DNA of 64,000 nt from a virus (Duplodnaviria; Caudoviricetes): IMG/VR virus record IMGVR_UViG_3300044981_000315, positions 1,588 to 65,587 of that record. The stretch is one strand, 5' to 3'. The first letter of the stretch is position 1. Each line of letters opens with the position of its first letter. Positions 49,001-57,016 of this stretch are shown here, piece by piece. A program made the position numbers and the translations under genes. Below the pieces are notes generated by a model. It searched no databases, was not told the DNA's origin, and saw only the letters and a list, made by a program, of their open reading frames with translations.

Positions 49001-51251
49001 GAGTGGTGGTGTAGCGGTTGTTAATGGCAATATCGTTCAAGTCAACAATAGAACCATCAATGTTCCGGTAGTGTATGAAGTAATTGGCGCATCACACACC
49101 ATCAACAATACTATTACCTGGTTTATTTGCATCAATCAAGATGGAGAATATGAGTTTATCGCTTGTACGGATTTCAATCCAAATAGTGCGCCCATTTATT
49201 TGGACAACGGTTTGGATGAAAATAGAATTTTCTATGTAGCCAACCCTAACAACAGCCTGAGCAACTATTATCCAGTTCGCGCTACTTATTTAGCCGATTT
49301 AGTTGAGAATCAAAAAGATGTAGTGTTGGTAGGTATGATTACCTCTACCGTTACTTTACAAGACAGCGTCTATGCTATTACTATCGCCACCCCTACTGTT
49401 GATATTGATGCTCGCCGATTTGTAGCCAATGGTTATGGCGGTTTAACCGCTCCATTTGTCTTAGGTCCACAAGGCAGTTTCCGAAACTTTACTTCTTTAA
49501 CCAACTGGTTAACTCAACTAGCTAATAGTAACTCTACTGTTGATGGATATAATGACGTTGGACAAACTATCAAAGTGGTGGGCAACACCACAGTTTCCTC
49601 TACCTATACTTTGGATTATTTAAGTCAGGTAACTTTTGAAGGCATGGGTGGAAGCATCACTATCACTAACGATATTGGTTTTGCGTTAGGTAGCAATGTT
49701 GCCTTCAAAAACGTGACGGTTGATTATCTATATGATCCAGTAGTTAATAGCGATCCTGATTATTCAGATGGCTATGTATCTAACCCTCTTAAGGCAGCAT
49801 TTTACGCTTCGGCTGGTGATGGTTATGGTGAACTGGCTATACCTGGGCGACTTCAGAATGTCACCTTCGAGGATTGTTTATTTACTTCTCCGAACCAAAG
49901 TAGATTTGCCTTTCTCGGTTTCAACCTTGTTTCCAGCCTTTCCACTATGCAAAATATCAGAGTAGTGAACAACAAGTTCCAAACCAGTTTTGATGGTGAT
50001 GATAGACGAGCCGTTATCACTTTCGTTGGACCGACTGTTCAATCGCTTCCAACCGTGGATGCTCCTAATGGTCCGCTTCTCAACAATTGTTTAATTGATA
50101 ATAACTTGTGTAATAAGAATCAGCTTATCTTGATTAGTTCGCCATATGTTAGTGGAACAGGTCCAAGTCCTGTTGTTACGAGTTTTGCTGTCCTCGGTGC
50201 TTCTACCGTTACTAATACGGGACCCACTGTTGTTACTGGTGATGTTGGCGTTTCTCCTGGAACTTCTATTACCGGTTTCCCTCCTGGTACTGCCACAGGT
50301 GGTACTCATTCTAATGATTCTGATGCTATCGCTGCTGCGGTAACTCTTAATGCCGCATATTTGGCTGCTCAAGCACCGCAAGGTGGCACGCTTATCGTAG
50401 CTGGTACCTATGCTAATGGTGCCGTCATAACTCCAGGCGTTTATTTCGCTACTAGCTCCCTTAACTTAACTGGTGGTACTGTTACCTTGAATGGTGCAGG
50501 TAATTATACTTTCCAAATTGCTTCTACGCTAGTAACAGCCTCCAATACTATTATTGCTTTAACTAATGGTGCTAATGCCGCCAATGTAACATGGGCAGTG
50601 GGTAGCTCAGCCACCCTTGGTACCGGTACTGTCTTTAATGGTAGTATTTTGGCTCTAGTTTCTATTACTGATAATGGTGGTTCAACTGTTAATGGTCAAT
50701 TATTTGCATCAACTGCCGCTGTTACTCTTAATGATACAACTGTTACCATCCCAGGTGCGCCTGCAGCAATAACGCCAGTGTCAGAACTAATAGCTGCTAG
50801 CAACCTTAAGATTGTAGGCAACACTTGTGGCGCCATCAACGTCCTGGTCAAACGAAATATTACGTCTCAACTTCTCGATGATGTCTATAATTTTATGCAG
50901 GCATCAGGTACCATTATCTCTGGCAATACTTGTCCATTTATTTACTCAGGATATGCTAATGGAAATATCTGTGATGGCGCTGGTAATAGACCGTTTATGA
51001 ATGGCATCTTGCCAGCTAGCGCAACTCCACCCATTTATACAGGATACATGTTAATTTCTAACAATGTATGTTCTTACATTCAGACGGGACGCCAGGTTTC
51101 CTATGAAGATCCCTTTGAAGGAACCTCTCCGTTGATTATAGTCAACAATCAACTACAAGCCTATCCCAATATCAATTATTTGACACCTTACTATGATGGT
51201 CAAGCTGTGCAACTAATTGCTATTCTGGTGGACGAGGTATCGGTGATATAA
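46089..51251 (+). CDS. Large neck/collar structural protein with a beta-helix C-terminus and an inserted DUF3494 domain
   Basis: MSNYPTALD N-terminus; right-handed beta-helix-like repeats (IDNNLC, IVGNTC, ISGNTC, ISNNVC); nine DGY motifs. Confidence 0.65.
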   Translation: MSNYPTALDTDVTLTPVNDNLSQIGDMAINQLRDAVFAIEQYVGTNPNGVSIESRLGLLVNQEGMINSSVITSLGLVTLPITQDQIADNAGIPESKLQLNFPTLTLYNYIRDLSKDVNLALGWIAVTGSKLEPHLIGAIYRHQMSDIDVSENPAQYLDNVFRTQRNNTNSYTLVNDINNELLAHQWADGSPFGTLQNITTNDGSTYPSYYSHVASSIFLDTSSFVTISQTADDLQLFADFIDHSSIFLLGTRIQNLYANGISRVSTSSSLLIDGYGQSIVPSTPVITYLLGQFGNSSSPMDNINFGDDIVQFMPTNTSNNVFASQFAAVNVGDIIYVNYGTVEVGFIIQEKRYNQNGGNAVYTIRINGKNLAFNSTTATAYIDRSLINTNKYGVLAMAPAFIPGVPLGEPSLIIGNPRGAQALGNGFDASQLNSTHYLLYLGLYPDGIPADGYSILPAIDITGNAGATPGSYTLDSVVQTANLAFRQPGFNYRFIAFEYQGNFGIMLADPYNNASFSIFNGVVNSVGGYDPTATAIAFPNNVVDVFTDGYAAAVDPLGFGLGGANIASPPYQSSYTVGSASLPTQLFVPLKRNNYYVNGVEKEEMAPDGYQVTDTYGDGYWVATVDGYYINPGVSVEKTYSITYDLSATGLEVGKTIVVQSLGGDGTFPLDFGRFIISAVNFGCCPNASTTITVYDSVQGIGFSPDSTSGTNTITSGKVAIYFSSDSVSFNAESATDFSAVNFPFKRHFEVYIDQNAHTFTHERGRMNVSGSNQLINPPSVGGITLASTPSLSYFDLVAISPKLRGYPFGNGVTKITLNILSYNSVTGVYSGYLCSSLGNNLGPLTVGKQGEITRFYDETNIDYIDINLNSTVAISSFANQQIDIQLFPTLALDEQIMILGSCQLNDTNQQLTYLTDRRQFGNVSEAQLTTSALDYIAAPTRLLQENGIVRGFDVVSSPTGAAPFSSEIVMSGGVAVVNGNIVQVNNRTINVPVVYEVIGASHTINNTITWFICINQDGEYEFIACTDFNPNSAPIYLDNGLDENRIFYVANPNNSLSNYYPVRATYLADLVENQKDVVLVGMITSTVTLQDSVYAITIATPTVDIDARRFVANGYGGLTAPFVLGPQGSFRNFTSLTNWLTQLANSNSTVDGYNDVGQTIKVVGNTTVSSTYTLDYLSQVTFEGMGGSITITNDIGFALGSNVAFKNVTVDYLYDPVVNSDPDYSDGYVSNPLKAAFYASAGDGYGELAIPGRLQNVTFEDCLFTSPNQSRFAFLGFNLVSSLSTMQNIRVVNNKFQTSFDGDDRRAVITFVGPTVQSLPTVDAPNGPLLNNCLIDNNLCNKNQLILISSPYVSGTGPSPVVTSFAVLGASTVTNTGPTVVTGDVGVSPGTSITGFPPGTATGGTHSNDSDAIAAAVTLNAAYLAAQAPQGGTLIVAGTYANGAVITPGVYFATSSLNLTGGTVTLNGAGNYTFQIASTLVTASNTIIALTNGANAANVTWAVGSSATLGTGTVFNGSILALVSITDNGGSTVNGQLFASTAAVTLNDTTVTIPGAPAAITPVSELIAASNLKIVGNTCGAINVLVKRNITSQLLDDVYNFMQASGTIISGNTCPFIYSGYANGNICDGAGNRPFMNGILPASATPPIYTGYMLISNNVCSYIQTGRQVSYEDPFEGTSPLIIVNNQLQAYPNINYLTPYYDGQAVQLIAILVDEVSVI
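50181..50753 (+). other. DUF3494 (ice-binding-like) domain inserted in the 1720-aa protein
   Basis: SFAVLGASTVTNTGPTVVTGDVGVSPGTSITGFPPG..AY..TPGVY..FQI..A.NVTWAVGSSATLG..F.GSILA..SIT..VNG.L.A..AVTL. Confidence 0.9.
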
Positions 51252-52540
51252 TGGCTATTTCAACAAACTCAAATATATTGATACAGGGTAATACCGTTGA
51301 TTACGGCACCAACATGGACGCTATCAATGGAAACGGTTATACCAACTGTATTAACTTGAATTTGGATCTTAATCAAGTGGCAGATCCTGAAGCTCAATAT
51401 GCTCAACCTGGTTATGCTAAAATTACTGATAACTTTTTAAGTGGCATACCAGACGCGCCAACCACAAGCGTCCACATCGCTTTAGTAGGTGGCTCTACCA
51501 TAATAACTAATAACACTTTTATAGGTCCCGGCATCCAAAACCAAGGTATCAATATTAAAGCCTATATTACCGTTGATAGCCTTAACGATCAGGTCATTAC
51601 GGACAATATTTTTGATAGTCCAACTGTAGATAGCTTGTTGGCTGGAGTTAATGAGACACTGGTTCTTGGAGTGGGTACTAATAGCTTTACCACCACCTCT
51701 ACTTATCACTCTAACAAAAACCAAACAGGCTATTTGCCAATTAGTAAAACACCTAATCTCATTGATTTTGATTATAAATCAGGGCCAGCAGCAACTACTC
51801 CTATACAAAGTTTTTATAGTTTTGATTCCGATCCCGGTAACACCACGGATGGATATGTTAGATGCAAATATGGCAATTTTACTATCGGTACAAAACCATC
51901 CCTATCAAATCCATTTGACAACATGGTACCACCCTATACTCCACCTCCTCCCGTTAGCACTGGAACGCCCAACTATATAGGTTGTGAAGGAACAGCAATT
52001 CTTTATGGACCTAGTGATACTAGCGTAATTAGTTATACTTTTTCTATTGATGTTAATGAGTATTTACCCAATAATGTCCAAATACTTAATTTTGTTGTAG
52101 GTATAACGGCTGATGGTTACACTCTAGAAACTGGTGTAGCTAATTATCAATTATGGTCTGCTAGTAGCGTATCAGCTGTTCCAGTTGCCCCTCCAACAGC
52201 TTATAACTCTTTCACTATCTCTACTATATTAGCAAACAGTTTAGCGGATGTGAGAAATACTATTGGTGTTCCACCCGCTTCACAAACTACGCCAGTAGTA
52301 GCTTCTGAGCAAACGGCTGGTTTGCAAGTAAAAAATCCAGCTGGCGCTAACCAAGTTACTGCCGCACAACTCAATAGTGCCACTCAATATATATTTTTGG
52401 ACGTATCTGGAGAGCCACAATATTTTGTAACTCCTGGCACTAGAATATCCGTTGTGTATCAAGCAACTACTGCAGTAAGTGGTAATACATCTCCAGTTTA
52501 TATTTATGAGTCGCCACTTATTGTTAAATATCGTTGGTAA
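51251..52540 (+). CDS. Beta-helix-containing structural protein
   Basis: IQGNT, ITDNF, ITNNT and ITDNI repeats; translationally coupled to the previous gene. Confidence 0.55.
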   Translation: MAISTNSNILIQGNTVDYGTNMDAINGNGYTNCINLNLDLNQVADPEAQYAQPGYAKITDNFLSGIPDAPTTSVHIALVGGSTIITNNTFIGPGIQNQGINIKAYITVDSLNDQVITDNIFDSPTVDSLLAGVNETLVLGVGTNSFTTTSTYHSNKNQTGYLPISKTPNLIDFDYKSGPAATTPIQSFYSFDSDPGNTTDGYVRCKYGNFTIGTKPSLSNPFDNMVPPYTPPPPVSTGTPNYIGCEGTAILYGPSDTSVISYTFSIDVNEYLPNNVQILNFVVGITADGYTLETGVANYQLWSASSVSAVPVAPPTAYNSFTISTILANSLADVRNTIGVPPASQTTPVVASEQTAGLQVKNPAGANQVTAAQLNSATQYIFLDVSGEPQYFVTPGTRISVVYQATTAVSGNTSPVYIYESPLIVKYRW

Positions 52541-52560
52541 ATAAATGAGCACCAATATTG

Positions 52561-53406
52561 ATGGTGCTAGGAGAGTGCGTCATTTCATCAAACAACTTCT
52601 TCAAGTCGGACCTTTATGGCATCTATCACATCGTGCAAGCGTCGATGATGGTGTATCCTAAGGAAATGATAATAGACACTTTACGTAACTTTTTTTCCAA
52701 AGATAGCTATTATCATTATTCTAAGGACGTTTATGGTTTCGCCAATACCACTGATCATACCGATTTGCCGCCTGGTGCTGACTTGCCTTATGGTCCGGGC
52801 GCCCATCCTGAACTCAATCCTAACCCAATTCTCCCTACTCGTTTGTTTATTGGAGAAAATTATCGTTACGATAGTATTTACTATCCAGCTATTTTAGTAA
52901 AAAGTGGCGGCTCTACCTACGTACCAATTTCTATTAATAGAAACCAAGGCACCATCTACTATAGCGAAATGATATTGGAAGACGGCTATGGCAACCAAAC
53001 CTTGCTCCGTAGACCTCAATCCTATGTGACTGCCGGTGTATGGGAGGGCTCTATCATTGTAGATGTTTATTCCCGAAGTTTAAGGGCTAGGGATGATTTA
53101 GTGGAATTAGTTGGAATGTGTTTTGCCGAAGTGAGTTTTGATACTTTACATGAAGTGGGCATTATCGTCAAACCTCCAGTGATTGGGGCGCCTACCGAGG
53201 GAGATGATCGAAATGATAAGTTATTTAGGCAAAGTATCACATTAAATATAAGAACTGAATGGCGCAGGGAGATCCCAATTGAGGATTTAATCGATACCAT
53301 TCTTTTTACCGTAACCTTTGGAGGTTTAACGGCAAATAGTCCGGTGGCGGCTAATTTGACTATCGATACTGAGGTTAGTATTATCGATATGCTAATAAAC
53401 ACGTAA
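52561..53406 (+). CDS. Tail terminator/completion protein (start uncertain)
   Basis: YPAILVK..IIVDVYSRSLRARDDLVELV..LFRQSITLNIRTEW; immediately upstream of the sheath. Confidence 0.6.
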   Translation: MVLGECVISSNNFFKSDLYGIYHIVQASMMVYPKEMIIDTLRNFFSKDSYYHYSKDVYGFANTTDHTDLPPGADLPYGPGAHPELNPNPILPTRLFIGENYRYDSIYYPAILVKSGGSTYVPISINRNQGTIYYSEMILEDGYGNQTLLRRPQSYVTAGVWEGSIIVDVYSRSLRARDDLVELVGMCFAEVSFDTLHEVGIIVKPPVIGAPTEGDDRNDKLFRQSITLNIRTEWRREIPIEDLIDTILFTVTFGGLTANSPVAANLTIDTEVSIIDMLINT

Positions 53407-53491
53407 ATAGTCGTAATCAATAAATGGGTAAATTAGAAACATTAAGACCAACAAAGCTAACAAAACGCATTAATATATCCTGGAGAATAGG

Positions 53492-53505
53492 AATATTATT
53501 ACATT
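53492..53505 (+). promoter_or_regulatory. Candidate late promoter for the tail sheath gene
   Basis: AATAttattaCATT. Confidence 0.5.
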
Positions 53506-53547
53506 TTAGTAGGCAACCCATCAAACAGAGTGAGATAAGGATTTAAC

Positions 53548-56500
53548 ATGGCGGATATCCAAGGAGCTACAAATGCATTACCAGGCGTCTTTACGCTAGT
53601 TCAGACGCAAGCCGCTGGTGCCGCTATTCCAGGCGGTTCTCGCGTAACTGCTATGATTGGTCAAGGCCAAACCAACGGTACCATCGTGGCTCAGGCTCAA
53701 GGTGGCGGTCTAGACGGTTTAGATCCAACTTATACTTCTACTAGTGGTTCTGACGGTAGGCACTTTCTTATTACTGGTGCCCCTCTTATTCCAAATAGAA
53801 CGACTTTGTTTTTGAACGGTATTCCTTTGGTGGGTATGGAGTCTGTCATTACCGCTACCACTACTTTTAGCAATCAGTTTCAGTATTTGCTAGATCCAGT
53901 TACCGGTGAAATTTTACTACAATCTGCTTATATAGTTAATCAAGGTGGCGCTTTTTATGTGCCACTTTCCACTAACGTAGGTTTGGGAGTTATCAACGGC
54001 TTGACCTTAGTGGATGTTAACGCTCCACCAGAGACTTGGACCGTTCGTTGTATAGCTGTGCAAAGAAACTCTATGAATCAACCTATCGGCGGTACTGCTC
54101 AGTTTATCGCCATCGGTTCTGTTTCTGGTGCTCAAGTAGATGCTAATGGCAACCCAATCATTTGGATGGTAGCTAATGGTTCCGCTCCATCAATTCTATC
54201 TTTTGGTATTTTGGCAGGTTCTGGTATTACTAATACCGGAGCTTCTACAGTTACTGGCGATGTTGGTACCTATCCAACTACCACCGAAACAGGTTTCGGA
54301 ACCCTCACCATTAATGGTACCAACCATATGGGAGACTCGGTAACTCAAGCCGCCAAAACTGCCTTAACTGCTGCCTATAATGCGGCTCAAGCTCTATCTG
54401 GTGCTGTTACCATTCCAACCGACCTTAATGGACAGACTTTAACTCCTGGTGTTTATAGTTCTCTTTCTGGAACTTTTATGAACACTGGAACACTAACCCT
54501 TAATGGTGCTGGTAGCTATACTTTCCAGATGGCCACCACCCTAGTGACTGCTGCCTCCAGTACTGTCGTTTTGACAGGTGGTGCAACTGCTGCTAATATT
54601 ACCTGGGCAGTAGGCAGTTCTGCTACTCTCGGTACCTCTTCTCATCTTGAAGGTAGTATTCTCGCCCTCACTTCTATCACTGCTACTACTGGCGCTACTG
54701 TTAATGGTAGTTTGTTAGCTCAAAACGGCGCTGTGACTTTGGATACCAATACTATTACAGCGACTGCGACTCCATCTACTTCACCATCAGGTACTGTCTC
54801 TAATGGTATTTTGAAATTCAGTATCTCTGAAACGCAAGTGATGAATGTGGTGGTTTCGCCATTCGTACCAGGCGATGCTTTCACCATTGTTGTTAATAGT
54901 GGTGTGTTGCTGAAGAATGATGCCTTAACTGCTACTTATATTCCGGTAGCCAACATTAATGCTCCTACTTTGACTCAGGGTCTTAACCAAGTAGTTACTC
55001 AATTTGGAACTCCTAGTTTAGATAATAGCTTGTCTTTGGGTGCTCAATTGTTCTATGCTAATGGAGCTTCCAGCCTTATTTGTGTACAGGCAGCCCCTCC
55101 ACTTCCACGTAGAACTTTCTTCAACCTATCTCCTTCGGTCAATGCTGCCTCCACTAATGATGATGATTTTATCTTCCCATTGCCAGTGGGCGTGGTACCA
55201 GCTTTTGATGATGATATCTATTTCTTTGTCACCAACAACAGCACCCAGGTAGAAACACAACTTTTACCTAACAAACAAACTTACTATACCCTAGGCACTG
55301 CCGGTAATCCAACTCAAAATCAATTCATTATGAGCAATGCTCCAGCTCCTACTGGTTTCTCCTACTTTTATACCGTCATTCAAAGTTTCGAGACGGTAGT
55401 TAGTGGTTTTGACGGATATATAGCTCCAATCAACTCAGCTCTACCTAACCAGGGCGCCTTTAGTTCTTCGGTTACTTTTGACAATACTTACATCGGTTTA
55501 GAACTTAAAGTCATTGATGCTGTTAACTTCGCCAACATCAATACGTATACGGTAACTAACGTAGTTAATGGTGTCTTGTATGTAACTGGACCCGTACCTC
55601 TTGCTAATTTCACAAACCAGAATCCAACTACTTTCGAGTTGATTGACCCAGTGGATGGCTTACCTGTAACAGGTGGCAGTGGTACTGACGGCGTATTGAC
55701 TATTGCTGGTGCTGGGCTAGGTAACTTAACTAGCACGGCTGTCGATTTCTCCCCTTTTAATAGCAAGCTCAATATCAACGGATACCAGCTTCAAATCAAT
55801 GGATCTGCCAACAATGATGGTCTTTACTATATTGTTGGATTTGACTCCATAACCAATACGTTAACCCTACAAACTACAGTGGTATCCGAACATAATCTTC
55901 GTTATGAGGTTATCAATCCAGCTTTGGAAAGCAACTATATCGTTGTCAACCATAACGTAGTACCAAATGGTTATGGTCTCAGCGTCAGTTTGGTAGATAA
56001 CCGTGATGCTACTTTCTACGATGCTGGATGGATCAATGCCCTAGCTGCTCTAGAAACAGTAGAATGCGATATTTTGGTTCCACTACCAAACCAGACCATT
56101 AGCGTTATTTTCCAGAACTGTGTTAACCACTGTATTGCCATGAGCAACATTGTTAACAAGAAGGAACGCGTATTGTTCATCGGAGCTATCAACGGTTTGA
56201 CTCCAGCCAACTTGACTGGTGCTCAATTAGCCGCAGTAGAAGACCTAGGACCACTAGAAGGTATTCCAGGTTCCAACCCAAGCTTGATTCTACAGGCCAA
56301 CCCACAAGACTTAGCCAACTATTCTGTCGCTGCCGCTTATGGTGATACTTACCGTGTAGTCTACTTCTACCCTGACCAAATCATTGTAGCTGTATCAAGT
56401 GGTAATATCCTTATCGATGGTTTCTACATCGCTGCCGCTGCCGCTGGTTATGAGTCTGCGGATATAATCATACAAAACCCAATTACCAACAAGGTATTTT

Positions 56501-56958
56501 CAGGCTTCACTATCCTAGGTAATAAAACCTTCTCTACTCTAACTTTGGAACAACTAGCTGCTGCCGGAGTCTGTACTCTACAACCAGTAGCCGGAGGCGG
56601 TACTGTCATTTGGGGCATCACTACTTCTCAAAGCGGTTTTCCAGAAGAACAAGAAGTTTCTATCGTCTTTATCCGAGACAGAGTGGCCAAGGTATTAAGA
56701 GCTGCCTTCAAAGGTTTCATTGGCACTCCGCAAGATGTTAATACGGCTGCCGCCCTTAATACGGAAGCTGTGGAAACCCTTAACTCCTTGGTTGGTCAAG
56801 GATTGCTAACTGCTTATACTAACTTGAATGTTTATCAGGACACTGTAGACCCTCGTCAATGGAACATCTCAGTATTGGTTAGCCCAGCTTTCCCAATCAA
56901 CTGGATCTTTATAACCGTTAATGTTGGCAATCTAAATCTTGCTAGCTCTACTGGTTAA
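53548..56958 (+). CDS. Contractile tail sheath protein with inserted domains including DUF3494
   Basis: PGVFT N-terminus; HCIAMS..KKER, LAAAGVCTL, IWGITT, EVSIVFIRD and PAFPINWIFITV sheath C-terminal motifs. Confidence 0.9.
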   Translation: MADIQGATNALPGVFTLVQTQAAGAAIPGGSRVTAMIGQGQTNGTIVAQAQGGGLDGLDPTYTSTSGSDGRHFLITGAPLIPNRTTLFLNGIPLVGMESVITATTTFSNQFQYLLDPVTGEILLQSAYIVNQGGAFYVPLSTNVGLGVINGLTLVDVNAPPETWTVRCIAVQRNSMNQPIGGTAQFIAIGSVSGAQVDANGNPIIWMVANGSAPSILSFGILAGSGITNTGASTVTGDVGTYPTTTETGFGTLTINGTNHMGDSVTQAAKTALTAAYNAAQALSGAVTIPTDLNGQTLTPGVYSSLSGTFMNTGTLTLNGAGSYTFQMATTLVTAASSTVVLTGGATAANITWAVGSSATLGTSSHLEGSILALTSITATTGATVNGSLLAQNGAVTLDTNTITATATPSTSPSGTVSNGILKFSISETQVMNVVVSPFVPGDAFTIVVNSGVLLKNDALTATYIPVANINAPTLTQGLNQVVTQFGTPSLDNSLSLGAQLFYANGASSLICVQAAPPLPRRTFFNLSPSVNAASTNDDDFIFPLPVGVVPAFDDDIYFFVTNNSTQVETQLLPNKQTYYTLGTAGNPTQNQFIMSNAPAPTGFSYFYTVIQSFETVVSGFDGYIAPINSALPNQGAFSSSVTFDNTYIGLELKVIDAVNFANINTYTVTNVVNGVLYVTGPVPLANFTNQNPTTFELIDPVDGLPVTGGSGTDGVLTIAGAGLGNLTSTAVDFSPFNSKLNINGYQLQINGSANNDGLYYIVGFDSITNTLTLQTTVVSEHNLRYEVINPALESNYIVVNHNVVPNGYGLSVSLVDNRDATFYDAGWINALAALETVECDILVPLPNQTISVIFQNCVNHCIAMSNIVNKKERVLFIGAINGLTPANLTGAQLAAVEDLGPLEGIPGSNPSLILQANPQDLANYSVAAAYGDTYRVVYFYPDQIIVAVSSGNILIDGFYIAAAAAGYESADIIIQNPITNKVFSGFTILGNKTFSTLTLEQLAAAGVCTLQPVAGGGTVIWGITTSQSGFPEEQEVSIVFIRDRVAKVLRAAFKGFIGTPQDVNTAAALNTEAVETLNSLVGQGLLTAYTNLNVYQDTVDPRQWNISVLVSPAFPINWIFITVNVGNLNLASSTG
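54199..54759 (+). other. DUF3494 (ice-binding-like) domain inserted in the tail sheath
   Basis: SFGILAGSGITNTGASTVTGDVG..AKTALTAAYN..DLNGQTLTPGVY..FQM..AANITWAVGSSATLG..GSILALTSIT..VNGSLLAQNGAVTLDTNTIT. Confidence 0.92.
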
Positions 56959-56968
56959 ATAGATAAGG

Positions 56969-56982
56969 CATAATTACACATA
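56969..56982 (+). promoter_or_regulatory. Candidate late promoter for the tail tube gene
   Basis: CATAattacaCATA. Confidence 0.5.
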
Positions 56983-57016
56983 GTGATATAGTTTTAACTA
57001 TCTAGGGAGTTTCAAT

